Shown here: positions 8,830-19,418 of the stretch, piece after piece | Numbering within the stretch: position 1 is the first letter of the stretch | Layout of the letters: every line of letters begins with the position of its first letter | Source: a virus | DNA: 64,000 bases | Direction: 5' to 3' (one strand) | Virus record (IMG/VR): IMGVR_UViG_3300045988_167063 | Position numbers and translations under genes: made by a program | Notes under the pieces: generated by a model | Told to the model about the DNA's origin: nothing | The model's input: the letters and a program-made list of their open reading frames with translations, nothing else | The model's database searches: none

Positions 8830-9415
8830 TTACATATCTCATTGCCATAGTGAGAGAACGACCGAATATGGTTTTACTATTTGTAAGTCCAATAGTTGAG
8901 CCTGTAACACGATATAATTCTCTGTCAAAAGATAAATAACTACTTCCTATATTTATATCCCTACCATTAAAAACTGCCAAAAACAAACTTTCCATTAAAT
9001 CTGTTCGTTCACATAAAACACCCTCATAATAAACAAGGCAAGTTTTTTCATTTGTTAAGAAATCAAAATCATAACAAATAATTGCACTATTTCTTGCTTC
9101 GGGTACTGTTTGTGAACGATATAATCTAAATTGTGTTTGACTTTGGCTATCTGAAAGAATTGAGCCAACAATAGGCTTTAAGAAAACACGATAATTCTGT
9201 TCATCCGTTTCGCCTGTCCAAATATAATTCCTTTTTTGTTCAAAAGTTAAATTATCTTTATCTAAAGCATCTTTAGTGTCATAAATTAAACACTTCCAAA
9301 AATCTTCTGCCATTTGGCTTTTTTCTTTCATTAAAAATTCTAATATCTTATAAGTTACTAAAGGCTGTTGAGAAAAATCATTATAAGACATTGTATTATT
9401 ACCATTATAATTCAT
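8801..9415 (-). CDS. hypothetical virion/morphogenesis protein
   Basis: ORF track, 204 aa, in the late block. Confidence 0.65.
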   Translation of the reverse strand: MNYNGNNTMSYNDFSQQPLVTYKILEFLMKEKSQMAEDFWKCLIYDTKDALDKDNLTFEQKRNYIWTGETDEQNYRVFLKPIVGSILSDSQSQTQFRLYRSQTVPEARNSAIICYDFDFLTNEKTCLVYYEGVLCERTDLMESLFLAVFNGRDINIGSSYLSFDRELYRVTGSTIGLTNSKTIFGRSLTMAMRYVNAQSGGCIG

Positions 9416-9424
9416 AAACTCTCC

Positions 9425-10684
9425 TTATAGTAAACTCTTTAATTTAATTTTAAGTTCAACATCATCGCAACCATCTGCTTTGAATGTCAATGTTAGTAAG
9501 TTCTTATCCATTTTTAAATTAGTTACTTTAAATCCGTCAATAGTTTCCTCTAATTGATAATGCCTACTATCTGCTCCACTCGGAATACACTGAATAGCAA
9601 TATTTTGTTTTTCGCCCTCAATATAAACACCACAAGTTATTTCTAAACTTTCCATTTCATTTAATTCGGTTACATCACTTGGACTAATAATTATCTTCTT
9701 TTCGGGCAAATAATCATCTACTATGTTAATTGTAATAGTATCGTAAATATTTTCATTATCTGTTAAATATGCCTTTATTTCGGCTTTAGAGCCTTTATTG
9801 CCTATAAGACGATAAATTCCATTACTATCAATAGAAACAGTCTTATTATCGCTTGTAGACCACGATATAGGCATATCTGTAGCTAATTCATTATCTTTCA
9901 TTACATTAGCAGTTAATTGACCTTGAAAACCTTGAATTTGCGAAATATTATCGCTATCAATTTTTACTCTATAATCAACTGCATAATAGTCGCAAACATT
10001 AAGCTCTTTATTGTCAATCGGCAATAATGGACTATAAACAAGATAAATCTTTATCATTGTCACATCTCCATTAGTGCCTTCTTCTTGATTGTAATTATCA
10101 ATCTGTTCGACTTTATAACATTGACTATGTTGAAACATAAATCTTTGATTTAAGTCTATTGTTTTTGTTTTGTCATTTCCTTGAACATAAAGTATCAATC
10201 TCCTGTTCTCAACCGTTGCTGTTTTTGCAACTTGCTGATTTGTACTCGATACTTCATATCCAAAAAAGACCTTTTCAGTCAAAATATTTCCATTACTCTT
10301 ATCTAACCAAGAAATTTCATTATTACAACGAATAAGCTTTGCATTTGCAACTTTTGATAGTTTATTTATTTTATCATAACACAAATAGGTTTCGCCTTCC
10401 CATTTGTATTTTTGCCCCCTATAATTTCTATGAGAACAATCTTTAAATAAAACGGCAATATAATCGCCCATTACTTTAGTTAAGTTAGTAGAAACCTCAC
10501 TAACGCTATCAATATGCACATCAAAACTTTTATATTGTTCATTAAATGGATATTTTTCTTCTTTAATAATTGTATTCAGCGTAGTATCTTCAAAAGTATC
10601 GTTTATCCATTCTTGAGTAATTTCTTTATAATAATCTTTGTTAGATTGAGCCATATTATCTATAAAATTACTATACCAACTCAC
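9425..10684 (-). CDS. virion protein with C-terminal Ig-like (Big_2-type) repeats
   Basis: ISWSTSDNKTVSIDSNGIYRLIGNKGSKAEIKAYL is Big_2-like; a second repeat follows it. Confidence 0.6.
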   Translation of the reverse strand: MSWYSNFIDNMAQSNKDYYKEITQEWINDTFEDTTLNTIIKEEKYPFNEQYKSFDVHIDSVSEVSTNLTKVMGDYIAVLFKDCSHRNYRGQKYKWEGETYLCYDKINKLSKVANAKLIRCNNEISWLDKSNGNILTEKVFFGYEVSSTNQQVAKTATVENRRLILYVQGNDKTKTIDLNQRFMFQHSQCYKVEQIDNYNQEEGTNGDVTMIKIYLVYSPLLPIDNKELNVCDYYAVDYRVKIDSDNISQIQGFQGQLTANVMKDNELATDMPISWSTSDNKTVSIDSNGIYRLIGNKGSKAEIKAYLTDNENIYDTITINIVDDYLPEKKIIISPSDVTELNEMESLEITCGVYIEGEKQNIAIQCIPSGADSRHYQLEETIDGFKVTNLKMDKNLLTLTFKADGCDDVELKIKLKSLL

Positions 10685-11178
10685 GATAAATCACTCCAAT
10701 ACGGCAATTCATCTAAATGCTTTAAATGATAATTAGCAATATCCTCTTGATATTCACTAACAAGATTGTTATACCAATTATCATTTTGTTTCATTATTGG
10801 GGCAATAGAGTCTTTTTTAAACTCTCTCTGCGAAATATAAGGCACTCTTGCCTTAATATCTTGTGTCAATCTTTTGAAATATTTTGAAACTGCAATTTCC
10901 GAAACAATTTTCTTTTCATCATCATCTAAATCATAATCAAAATAATATGCTGTTTTGTTTTCTTCTGTATCTTCAATAAAAACTTTTTCTATGTGATAAG
11001 TCAATGGCTTAATACAGTCAAAATCACTTAATCCACTTTTAAGAAAACCACAAAGATAATCAAAAACAACATCTTTATTTATTTCATATAATTTATCTAT
11101 TTTATAATCATTGATTATTGGAAGCATCCAATCCTCGTATATTTCAATAAAACTCGTTCCCAATTTGGCTACCTCCAT
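10681..11178 (-). CDS. hypothetical head-tail joining/morphogenesis protein
   Basis: ORF track, 165 aa, 4-nt overlap with the next gene. Confidence 0.6.
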   Translation of the reverse strand: MEVAKLGTSFIEIYEDWMLPIINDYKIDKLYEINKDVVFDYLCGFLKSGLSDFDCIKPLTYHIEKVFIEDTEENKTAYYFDYDLDDDEKKIVSEIAVSKYFKRLTQDIKARVPYISQREFKKDSIAPIMKQNDNWYNNLVSEYQEDIANYHLKHLDELPYWSDLS

Positions 11179-11188
11179 TTTATTAAAT

Positions 11189-11842
11189 TTATTTTGCAGA
11201 AATAAGATTACTCATCTCATCAATGTCATAACCATTCTTTTCAAGTTCCTTAATCTTGTTAAAATCATAGTTATAACCCTCACTCATTTTACGAGCAATA
11301 AGAGCGACAAATCTTTCAGCAGTGTCTTTATCCATATTAAGAATAGTATCAACTGCATTATCATCAACAAGACTAATAAGTCTTTCTACTGTTTCTTTAT
11401 TCATAACTTCATTATAAATATATCCAATACCTAAATCCTCATAGTCTTTTTGAGAAGTAAGAATAGCGTAGCCTTTTTCAAACTGCGAATTGTAATTATT
11501 TACAATTTCAACCATATCTGAAAATCTAATATTCTTAACCTCGCCAAACTTATCAAACACATAAGTACGACCTTTTTCTTTAGGATTTGACTTTACTGAA
11601 AGAACATAAGTGTGTGGGAGCATAGAAACAACCTTAACAGTTCTTGTAATATCTGAATTAGATTGAACTACAACATTTGGCTGACTTTGTGCTTGTGCCA
11701 ACTGTGACTGTAACTGTTCAATCTGCTTTTGCATTTGCTTAATCAAATCAAGATTTTCGTCTTTATTCTTTTCATCATTAGCAGACTTCGTTGTAGAAGT
11801 TTTAGTTGAAGTTCTGCTTTTCTTTGCTGTTTGTTCAGCCAT
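11189..11842 (-). CDS. hypothetical structural protein with basic/coiled-coil N-terminus
   Basis: ORF track, 217 aa, directly after the putative capsid gene. Confidence 0.65.
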   Translation of the reverse strand: MAEQTAKKSRTSTKTSTTKSANDEKNKDENLDLIKQMQKQIEQLQSQLAQAQSQPNVVVQSNSDITRTVKVVSMLPHTYVLSVKSNPKEKGRTYVFDKFGEVKNIRFSDMVEIVNNYNSQFEKGYAILTSQKDYEDLGIGYIYNEVMNKETVERLISLVDDNAVDTILNMDKDTAERFVALIARKMSEGYNYDFNKIKELEKNGYDIDEMSNLISAK

Positions 11843-11879
11843 ATATAAAACTCCTATATTTTATAAATAATATGTACGA

Positions 11880-11901
11880 GGTGGGTATATTTCAACCCAC
11901 C
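11880..11901 (-). promoter_or_regulatory. GC-rich hairpin after the putative capsid gene
   Basis: Stem GGTGGGT/ACCCACC with no clear T-run. Possibly an attenuator or mRNA-stability element. Confidence 0.4.
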
Positions 11902-11935
11902 CCAAATATAATCAACTCTAATCTAAAAGAGTAAA

Positions 11936-13033
11936 TTAACCAGCAAGTTTAACCTTTACAATCTTCTTATTTGTAGCAAGAGAAACACCAAGTTCCTTAC
12001 GAAGTGTTGAAAGAATTGCAAGGTTATTGTTGTCATAATCTTCATCTGTATTAGTAGATGTATAACCAATAGCAACCTGAATAAGCTTTGAGCCATTAAC
12101 AGGGAGTGCATAAATTCTATCTGTTGGAAGTCCAACTACACCGTCATTTCCGTCTGAAACAACATTAAATCCAAGAACAGTATAACCATTGAATACTGAC
12201 ATATAACCAACAGTATTGTATTCATCACCAAGAAGAATACGAGTTCTTGCTTCAGCAGGAAGAACTGACTTAAGGGCAACAGCGTCACCAACGATTACCA
12301 TTTTAGCACCATTACGAGCAGAAGCAAGACGGAGCTTCTTGAGGAACTCTGTTTCATCAAAGTTTTCAAGAACAAGATTTTCATCAGTCATAGCCTCTGA
12401 AACAGTTGTAAATTCACCAATAACAAGCTGATAAATCTTTGCAACCATTGAAATAGCCTTGAGCATTACATCCTCAGCAAACATAGAGTCACCTACAAGG
12501 ATTTCAGGAAGATTAGTAATGGTAGTGATACCATACATATCTGTTGCAATAGTCTTAGTAGAAGCTTTCTTTGTCTGTGTTCTTGTGTGCTTTTGGCGTC
12601 TGCCCATTCTTGATACTTCATAAATGCTATTATCTACAAGTTCAAATTCAAATACATCGCCATAGCCACCATACTGAATATTAGAAAGTGCCGAAAGACC
12701 CATAGCATCTGTTACGATAGGTGTAACAGTATCAAGCATTACTTTTTGAATATTTGCAGCCATTTGAGCAACTACACCATAAGTAGCGTATTCCTGAATA
12801 TCATTATTGAAATCTTCAAGAGAATACTTACTTCTACGAGCAAGTTCGCTCTTAAATGTTTCGTTAATCTTATTTGCCTTTTCCTCAAGACTATATTTAG
12901 TTGTTTCGTATGAAAGACCCTTTACATCATACTTGCTTGACATATAATGTCTTGCATAATCTTCCATACTTGAAACCAACTTATTTGAGTCTGCTGTTGT
13001 AGCAAACTTAACTACTGTATCAAATCTCTTCAT
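11936..13033 (-). CDS. major capsid protein (putative)
   Basis: 365 aa. Assigned by position after portal, protease/scaffold and a small head protein. High local G+C and codon bias suggest strong expression. No motif proof. Confidence 0.5.
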   Translation of the reverse strand: MKRFDTVVKFATTADSNKLVSSMEDYARHYMSSKYDVKGLSYETTKYSLEEKANKINETFKSELARRSKYSLEDFNNDIQEYATYGVVAQMAANIQKVMLDTVTPIVTDAMGLSALSNIQYGGYGDVFEFELVDNSIYEVSRMGRRQKHTRTQTKKASTKTIATDMYGITTITNLPEILVGDSMFAEDVMLKAISMVAKIYQLVIGEFTTVSEAMTDENLVLENFDETEFLKKLRLASARNGAKMVIVGDAVALKSVLPAEARTRILLGDEYNTVGYMSVFNGYTVLGFNVVSDGNDGVVGLPTDRIYALPVNGSKLIQVAIGYTSTNTDEDYDNNNLAILSTLRKELGVSLATNKKIVKVKLAG

Positions 13034-13058
13034 TAATATTTTCTCCTTTTCCTACAAA

Positions 13059-13589
13059 TTAACCATTGAAAACAGTTTTAAGAATATAAACCTTTTCTGT
13101 ATCATCATCAAAATTGAATGTAGGATATTTTGCACTATCTACAATATCAACAACCTTAAATGAAGCTACATCGGCTGTTTGAATAGCCTTTGTTACCCAA
13201 CCGTCTGCTGATGGCTCTAAAAATTGACCCTTTGTTGGAGCAGCACCCTTAATTCCGTGTGCAAGAACACCAAATTCAATATTTACTTTAGGAATGAAAA
13301 AGTCAAGTGGATGCTTTGCAGGATTTGTATAGTTTCTATCATCCTTGCTTCTTGCAGGATAAAGATTGTCACCAATAATATCATACTTTACAGACGGATT
13401 AAAAGCAATAGCAACTTCTTTAGCACCAGCTTCAGCCTTTGTTACCGTGTAAAGTTCCTTGTCTTTAGTATCATAATCACCAACAGCAAGTGCAGTACCG
13501 CCGTCAATATCTACTGTTGCAATACCACCTCTGTTAATGCAACTTGGAATAAAATTATCTGTTTCAAACAAAACATTATGTTTAGCCAT
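13059..13589 (-). CDS. head decoration/scaffold-like protein (putative)
   Basis: 176 aa, between the protease/scaffold gene and the capsid gene. Confidence 0.4.
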   Translation of the reverse strand: MAKHNVLFETDNFIPSCINRGGIATVDIDGGTALAVGDYDTKDKELYTVTKAEAGAKEVAIAFNPSVKYDIIGDNLYPARSKDDRNYTNPAKHPLDFFIPKVNIEFGVLAHGIKGAAPTKGQFLEPSADGWVTKAIQTADVASFKVVDIVDSAKYPTFNFDDDTEKVYILKTVFNG

Positions 13590-13616
13590 ATATTTAATCT
13601 CCTTATAAAAAGTTAA

Positions 13617-15131
13617 TTAGTCGTAAATGCTTGTCGGTTGGTCTTTCTTTTCTGTTTGAACCATACCCATATCAAGCATATCTTTTTCTGTACTCTTTGA
13701 CATCACACTTACATAAGCCTGTGCAAGAGCGTTGTTTTTCCACGCACCTATGTTCTCATAAGCACATTCTTTTGAAGCCTTTTCGATTTCTGCATATTTA
13801 TTTTCGTCAACACTACCCTTAATTTGTGAAAGAGTAGACTGAACGATACTATCTTTCTTTGCAGTTTCTACATCGGCTTTATATTTTTCAAGTGTTTTTA
13901 CTTTTGCCTTATATGTTTCAAGTTCGGCTTTAGTAGTTTCAAGTTCTGACTTGAGTTCAGCCATTTTTGTTTCGGTGTCATCCTCTTTTTCAGGTTCTCC
14001 CTCTTTTTTGGCTGTATCGTCATCGGTAACTTCGGCTTTTGTATCAGGTTCTTTTTGAGTATCAGTTGTTTCGGTTTCTTTTTCGTCTACCTTTACATCT
14101 TCCTCTTTTGGAGTAACCTTTTCTTTCTCTTTAGCCATAGTTTCCTCCTTTAATTGATTTTCTATATTTTCAAGTTTTTCTAAAATATCATTCATTTTTT
14201 CTTCTTGGTCTAAACCAAGTTTCTTATAAATTTTTTGAATTTTAGATACTACTGCTGACTCATTTTCTTTTTGAGCATATCCAAGAGCAGAAGCAAGTCC
14301 TTTTCGATTATAAACCCATTCTCCCTCTTTAATGTTCATTATAGGATAACCAAGTTTTGTTACTTGTCTATCTTCCCAACCCTCTTCAAGTTTCATACAC
14401 ACACTTTTTGCAAGTGTTTTAAAGTTTTTCTCTTTAATAAGGTCTTGTTTAGCTTTATCGCCATTCCAATCTCCCTCATCAAGAGCCTCTTTTGACTTAT
14501 TAACAGGGTGAGATACAAAATTATCCTTTTCAGCCATTTTGTGTTCAGAATACTTTACATATTCCTTTTCAATTTCTTTTTCACTCATTTGAGTTAATTT
14601 TATATTTGCATTTGGAACACTTGGCTTATACTTCAAACCCAAAATTGTAATGCCTGTAATATTAAAGCCTTCAACAATTTTCGGCTTATCCCCACCGTCC
14701 ATATAATTCTTTGTTTCGGGTGTAAAACCAACAAGTTCCTCAATGCTTACATTTCTATAATTATGTTCACGAAATAATGAATAAACATCATTTGCATAAA
14801 GTTTTGACATAACTATATCTACTGAGGCAATTAAATCATTGTCATCATCATATCTATACTTTATATCTTGCTGTGGCACAAAACCAACGATTTTTTGATT
14901 TTCAGTATGTTCGGTAACATCGCCCTCAAAATTATCATATTCGGCAAGTACCCATTTACCTATAACAGTAGGAGCATATTTTTTAATTACTTCTTCACTA
15001 TAAAGGTGATTATGTGAATTTTTCTTTGTACTTAAAAAATCAACTGTACCATATGCAAATTCATAATCTTCATCATTTTCGTATTTTCGCCAATCTTCTA
15101 TTGACATTTTTACTTTATTTTCAAAAGTCAT
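13617..15131 (-). CDS. prohead protease (S78/HK97-like) fused to a Glu/Lys-rich scaffold-like coiled coil
   Basis: N-terminal TEHTENQKIVGFV...NVSIEELVGF fits the His...Ser pattern of S78 proteases. The C-terminal ~200 aa are E/K/T-rich coiled coil. Confidence 0.5.
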   Translation of the reverse strand: MTFENKVKMSIEDWRKYENDEDYEFAYGTVDFLSTKKNSHNHLYSEEVIKKYAPTVIGKWVLAEYDNFEGDVTEHTENQKIVGFVPQQDIKYRYDDDNDLIASVDIVMSKLYANDVYSLFREHNYRNVSIEELVGFTPETKNYMDGGDKPKIVEGFNITGITILGLKYKPSVPNANIKLTQMSEKEIEKEYVKYSEHKMAEKDNFVSHPVNKSKEALDEGDWNGDKAKQDLIKEKNFKTLAKSVCMKLEEGWEDRQVTKLGYPIMNIKEGEWVYNRKGLASALGYAQKENESAVVSKIQKIYKKLGLDQEEKMNDILEKLENIENQLKEETMAKEKEKVTPKEEDVKVDEKETETTDTQKEPDTKAEVTDDDTAKKEGEPEKEDDTETKMAELKSELETTKAELETYKAKVKTLEKYKADVETAKKDSIVQSTLSQIKGSVDENKYAEIEKASKECAYENIGAWKNNALAQAYVSVMSKSTEKDMLDMGMVQTEKKDQPTSIYD

Positions 15132-15313
15132 TTTTGCGGAGTTTCCCCCTTTCCTAAAATTTTACATATCTTATCTGTTTTAAGATAATATATTTTATCT
15201 ACACCGATTTCACGATAAATCGGAATAAAACCTAATTTATGTAATTTTTTAGACTGTTCGGAGGTAACGCAAATATAATCATCAATATTGTTAGGTTTTC
15301 CTAAAATAATCAT
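15128..15313 (-). CDS. hypothetical 61-aa protein
   Basis: ORF track; 4-nt overlap with the downstream gene. Confidence 0.5.
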   Translation of the reverse strand: MIILGKPNNIDDYICVTSEQSKKLHKLGFIPIYREIGVDKIYYLKTDKICKILGKGETPQK

Positions 15314-15324
15314 ATCATTATCTC

Positions 15325-16956
15325 CTATTGATACTCACGACTGACCGCTCCACCCTCAGCTAAATCACTATTATCCTTTTGTGGTGCGCCAATATCGTAA
15401 GTATTTGTATTAGCATTAAACAAGGCAAATAAAGTATTTTGCATATCACTATGTTTAGCCTCTTTTACCATTGTTTCAAATTCACTGCCCTCATAACCTA
15501 AAAGAGTTCCCCACTTTCTTAAAGGCACTTGTATTCCTTTATCAGATAATTTTAAATGAGTATCAATATCTTCTTTCCTCTTAAAAGGCAGTGTACTACC
15601 ACTAACACGAAATCTAAATTTATATCTTTTAGTTTTCTTGTTTACAAAGAAATTTAAAAAGTTTTCAAATTGTGGATAAACTGCATTTGCAATTTCTTGA
15701 TAATCAGCGTTTGCAGCCAACTGTGCCTCTTCTTGTGATAATCTTTCATCTGTATAAATAAGTGAACTATTTGAAGCACCTAAACCAGCACTTGTTTTAA
15801 GTTGATTTTTATACATATTACTATTATTATCAGCAAATTGATAAAGCCTTGTTTCTTCAAGAGGTAAAGCAATTTGCTTAATATTTTTGTTAATGCCATT
15901 TCTTGCCAATCTCATAAGTTGTCCGACAACTTTAGGGTCAATAGTAAAGGCATTTTTATTATTGCCAACATTATCTTTATCTCTTGTTTTCATTTCTCCA
16001 AGAATAATTGCATTTGCAGAAATAATATCCTTATCTCTTTGTAATTTAGAAATTATATCATCATCAAATACTGACTTTAATAAGGAAGTTAAAGGTGGAA
16101 CAGTATTAAAATTAGAGGTATCATATTTAAACAACCAACTTCCTGCATTTACCTTTGTTCTTATATAATTTTCAGCATTAAAAGTATTTTGCCTACCCAA
16201 ATTTGACATATTGTCTACAATAAAGTTTTGCATTTGTTTGCTATTATCTTTACTACTTTGTCCTAATTTAGAATAGGCTTGGGCAAGTGTTTCGTCATAA
16301 TTAAGAACATTTACATTTGAACCATTAAAATAATTCAAATTAAAATCCCATAAAAAGCCATTTGCCCCACTACTTATAAAACGACCTGTGAGTTTACAAT
16401 ACTTTTGTGGCATCATTTGTAATGAAAAAGACTCTTTATTATCGTTCAAATCAATCGGAGTATCGTCAAAAGTCTTTTCGCTATCTCTAAGCCAACAAAA
16501 ATAAGTATCTGTTTTGAGCATATTTTTGACAACATTTCTAAATTCTTGTTTCGCTTTAAAATAATTAAAGAATTTATCTACTCTTTTGCAATCCTCTTTA
16601 TACTCTTCACTTTCAAACTCATCATCGTCTACTATATTAATCGGAACTCTATCTATATCAAAAGCCAATAAATTTGTTTTATATTCTATTGCCCTTTTAT
16701 AAATAGCATCCCAAGTTTCCATAAATTCGGAATAATCTTGTAATGTTTCAGCAGAATTTTTATAAGTAGCAATAGCTTGCCTTAAACTATCTCTGTCAGG
16801 TATTTGTTCATTATTATTTAAGTCAACTAATGTTTTATATTCGTTTATAGTATCATAAAAATAATTATTCTTATCTAATGGTGCTGAACTATAAAGTGCG
16901 TTCATAAAATCAATTACATTCCACACTTCGTCACGAGTTATAACTTCATCAGGCAA
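15325..16956 (-). CDS. portal protein (putative)
   Basis: 543 aa, immediately downstream of terL. Size and position fit a portal protein. Confidence 0.55.
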   Translation of the reverse strand: MPDEVITRDEVWNVIDFMNALYSSAPLDKNNYFYDTINEYKTLVDLNNNEQIPDRDSLRQAIATYKNSAETLQDYSEFMETWDAIYKRAIEYKTNLLAFDIDRVPINIVDDDEFESEEYKEDCKRVDKFFNYFKAKQEFRNVVKNMLKTDTYFCWLRDSEKTFDDTPIDLNDNKESFSLQMMPQKYCKLTGRFISSGANGFLWDFNLNYFNGSNVNVLNYDETLAQAYSKLGQSSKDNSKQMQNFIVDNMSNLGRQNTFNAENYIRTKVNAGSWLFKYDTSNFNTVPPLTSLLKSVFDDDIISKLQRDKDIISANAIILGEMKTRDKDNVGNNKNAFTIDPKVVGQLMRLARNGINKNIKQIALPLEETRLYQFADNNSNMYKNQLKTSAGLGASNSSLIYTDERLSQEEAQLAANADYQEIANAVYPQFENFLNFFVNKKTKRYKFRFRVSGSTLPFKRKEDIDTHLKLSDKGIQVPLRKWGTLLGYEGSEFETMVKEAKHSDMQNTLFALFNANTNTYDIGAPQKDNSDLAEGGAVSREYQ

Positions 16957-16980
16957 TAACGACTATTCCTCCTTTCTTAT

Positions 16981-17556
16981 TTAACCATAATCGTAAATAT
17001 CACTGAAATCATCTAAATCAATTTCAGCATCTTGTTCATCTTTCACATACTTAATATAGACTTTATCACAAAAGTAATTAAACATTGCCAAAGTCATATA
17101 TCTATCCTTTGTAGCTGTACTTTTTTCTTTAACTCTAACACCTTTATCTTTAAATTCTGTTGTTAAAGTAATTGCCTCATTAATAGCATACCTTGTTTCA
17201 ACAAACGGTACAAGGTCATAAGCCTTCTTTTCAGAGGACTTCAATATCCATTTACTATCTTTTTCTTGAAATAGTAATTCCATTTCAGAGTCATCTTTAA
17301 GAAAACTAATTATATTATCTTTAAGATTTTTTCTCATCGCTAAGTGCATATCACTATTGATTTCACTTGTACCAGCAATAGGAATAATTACTTCTTCGGC
17401 ATTAGAGTCCATAGTCCTATTAATTTTATCATTTATGATTTTATCAGAGCTTATTTGTAAAATTTTATCTCTACATACAGTCCACGCAGGATATGTAATA
17501 TCTCTTTCATCATCATATGTTTCAGTTGTCAATAAATCAAAGAAAACATTTCCTAC
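16981..17556 (-). CDS. terL: terminase large subunit, exon 3 (nuclease domain)
   Basis: Begins VGNVFFDLL directly after the intron-terminal G. Continues the MDSKG motif of exon 2. Confidence 0.7.
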   Translation of the reverse strand, partial: VGNVFFDLLTTETYDDERDITYPAWTVCRDKILQISSDKIINDKINRTMDSNAEEVIIPIAGTSEINSDMHLAMRKNLKDNIISFLKDDSEMELLFQEKDSKWILKSSEKKAYDLVPFVETRYAINEAITLTTEFKDKGVRVKEKSTATKDRYMTLAMFNYFCDKVYIKYVKDEQDAEIDLDDFSDIYDYG

Positions 17557-17911
17557 CAATTATGTTATCATATAAGTTTTTTATCTTATATTTCTTATAG
17601 TTGTATTTCCTATAAGTTCGGCGTACCTTTTCATCTAATAAATTTATTTATATAAAAATGACAAGTTTATTTTATTTTTTTGCGTTCCAAAATACATATA
17701 CTTCTTCACTTATTATCATTTATTACTACTAATTATTTATTAGATGCCGAGAACTCTTGGCAAAATTATATTCTATAAAAATAGTTTCATTTGCTACGCT
17801 CTGCGTGTGACTATTCTTTTAAAAATAGCCTTCCACTCGGATTGACATTTCAGTTTTTCCGTTTCTTTCTCGGTTCGATTATATATCACTATATAAAAGG
17901 GCGAAGTTTTC
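17557..17911 (-). mobile_element. ORF-less group I intron (terL intron 2)
   Basis: The 3' end ..CTTATAG-N9-CTATAAG..ATATAAG-N8-CTTATAT-GATAACATAATTG is shared, with compensatory changes, with the introns at 18893-19178 and 24047-24936. The 5' exon ends in GGU. Confidence 0.7.
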
Positions 17912-18892
17912 ACCTTTTGAGTCCATAACAAAATATGTGCATTTATAATCATAAAATAATCTTTTTATCATTACAATTTGTTTTTGAGAATTTAAACCAT
18001 TTTCGGCTTTTATATACTCTACTTTTCTTTGATTTGTTTCTATATCTATATTTCCTAATACAAAAACTGTATTATCGTTTTCTCTACCACCACTAACGGC
18101 AATATCCATTGCCAATACTCTTATTTCATTTTCGTGACTAAAATCATATTTATTTTTAATATTATAATAATAGTCATCATTTGTAGTTGGTAAAAAAGCA
18201 GTTTCAAGCACTTGATTTTTATGAAAATCATCATACAAAAACAAACTACCTTCTGTTTCACCAAGCCACAAATTCAAAAACTCCATTTCAAAATCCAAAT
18301 CATTTGTATTTTCTCGTCTTGTTAAATACTGATTTTTTGTTTGAATTTTATTAGCAACTGCTGTAAATATATCACCTGCAAAAAAGCCATATTTAATTCT
18401 TTTATCTGTGTAATGCTTTCTAACTACTGTTTTTAAATAAGTCCAAACCCAATTATCTTTCGTTCTTGCCGAAGTCATAAATATTTGCTTTGGCTCAATC
18501 ATTAACCCATTAAAACTATATGGCTCAAGCATAGGTTCAACAATAGACTCATAGTCTCTTTTCTTAACAATTCTTGCCTCATCTGTTATAGTTATATTAG
18601 CTCTTGCACCACGACCTGTTTCATTACACGCAACAGCGAATATTTTACTACCATTGCCATATTCGACAACTCTACCACCTGTTGTTTTATCTTTTGTAAA
18701 GTTAATATAGCCATCTGCTCGTAGTTGTTTTAAAATAGGACTTATGCCTTTTTTGTCACTACTTAACAACTTATCAATTTTATCATCAATAATTTTATTA
18801 CTTTGACCTAAAGTAAGCGAAGTAATAGCAATTTGAACTCCGGGTAAAAGCAAAGCAAGGTCATTGGCGAGAACACCTATGGTAAAGGATTT
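17912..18892 (-). CDS. terL: terminase large subunit, exon 2
   Basis: KSFTIGVLAND.. completes the Walker A motif begun in exon 1. Ends ..YFVMDSKG. Confidence 0.75.
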
Positions 18893-19178
18893 CAATTTTG
18901 TTATCGTATAGGCTCTTTATCCTATACTTCTTATACTGTACTAATTTTCGTATAAGTTCAGAGTACATTTTCATACATAAATACAGAGTATGTGGACACT
19001 CTTGGTGATATTATATTCTTCCATTTCAAAAGTTTCAATCACTACTCGTTACAATACTATTAATTTTTACATTAAATAGTTATCTCGGTGTTGTACTTAA
19101 AATTAGTGTAGTTTCACCGATTTTGCCCAATTTGCTTTATAACTATCTATAATTCATTATAAAGGAGCATTATTATTT
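18893..19178 (-). mobile_element. ORF-less group I intron (terL intron 1)
   Basis: Splits IASRGLS|KSF inside the P-loop. The 5' exon GAGU pairs with GCUC 10 nt into the intron. The 3' end ..GTATAGG-N8-CCTATAC-GATAACAAAATTG matches the family. Confidence 0.75.
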
Positions 19179-19418
19179 ACTCAATCCTCTACTTGCAATA
19201 AACGCATAAATATCATATTCCCAACAGTCAAGTAATACTTGTCTTTGAAAATAATGTAGTGGTATTTTTAAATGTTCTTCAGTAAAAATATCAAGATTAT
19301 TAAGATAAAATAATTGCCAATTAGCAATTCTCCTATCATAATCTTTTTTACTCAATTTTTTATTTTCTTTTATTTTCTTTTCTTTTGCCAAGCTAATAAG
19401 TTGTTTTTCGTCAATCAA
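19179..19418 (-). CDS. terL: terminase large subunit, exon 1
   Basis: ..YFQRQVLLDCW..FIASRGLS is an N-terminal ATPase Walker A segment. Confidence 0.75.
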
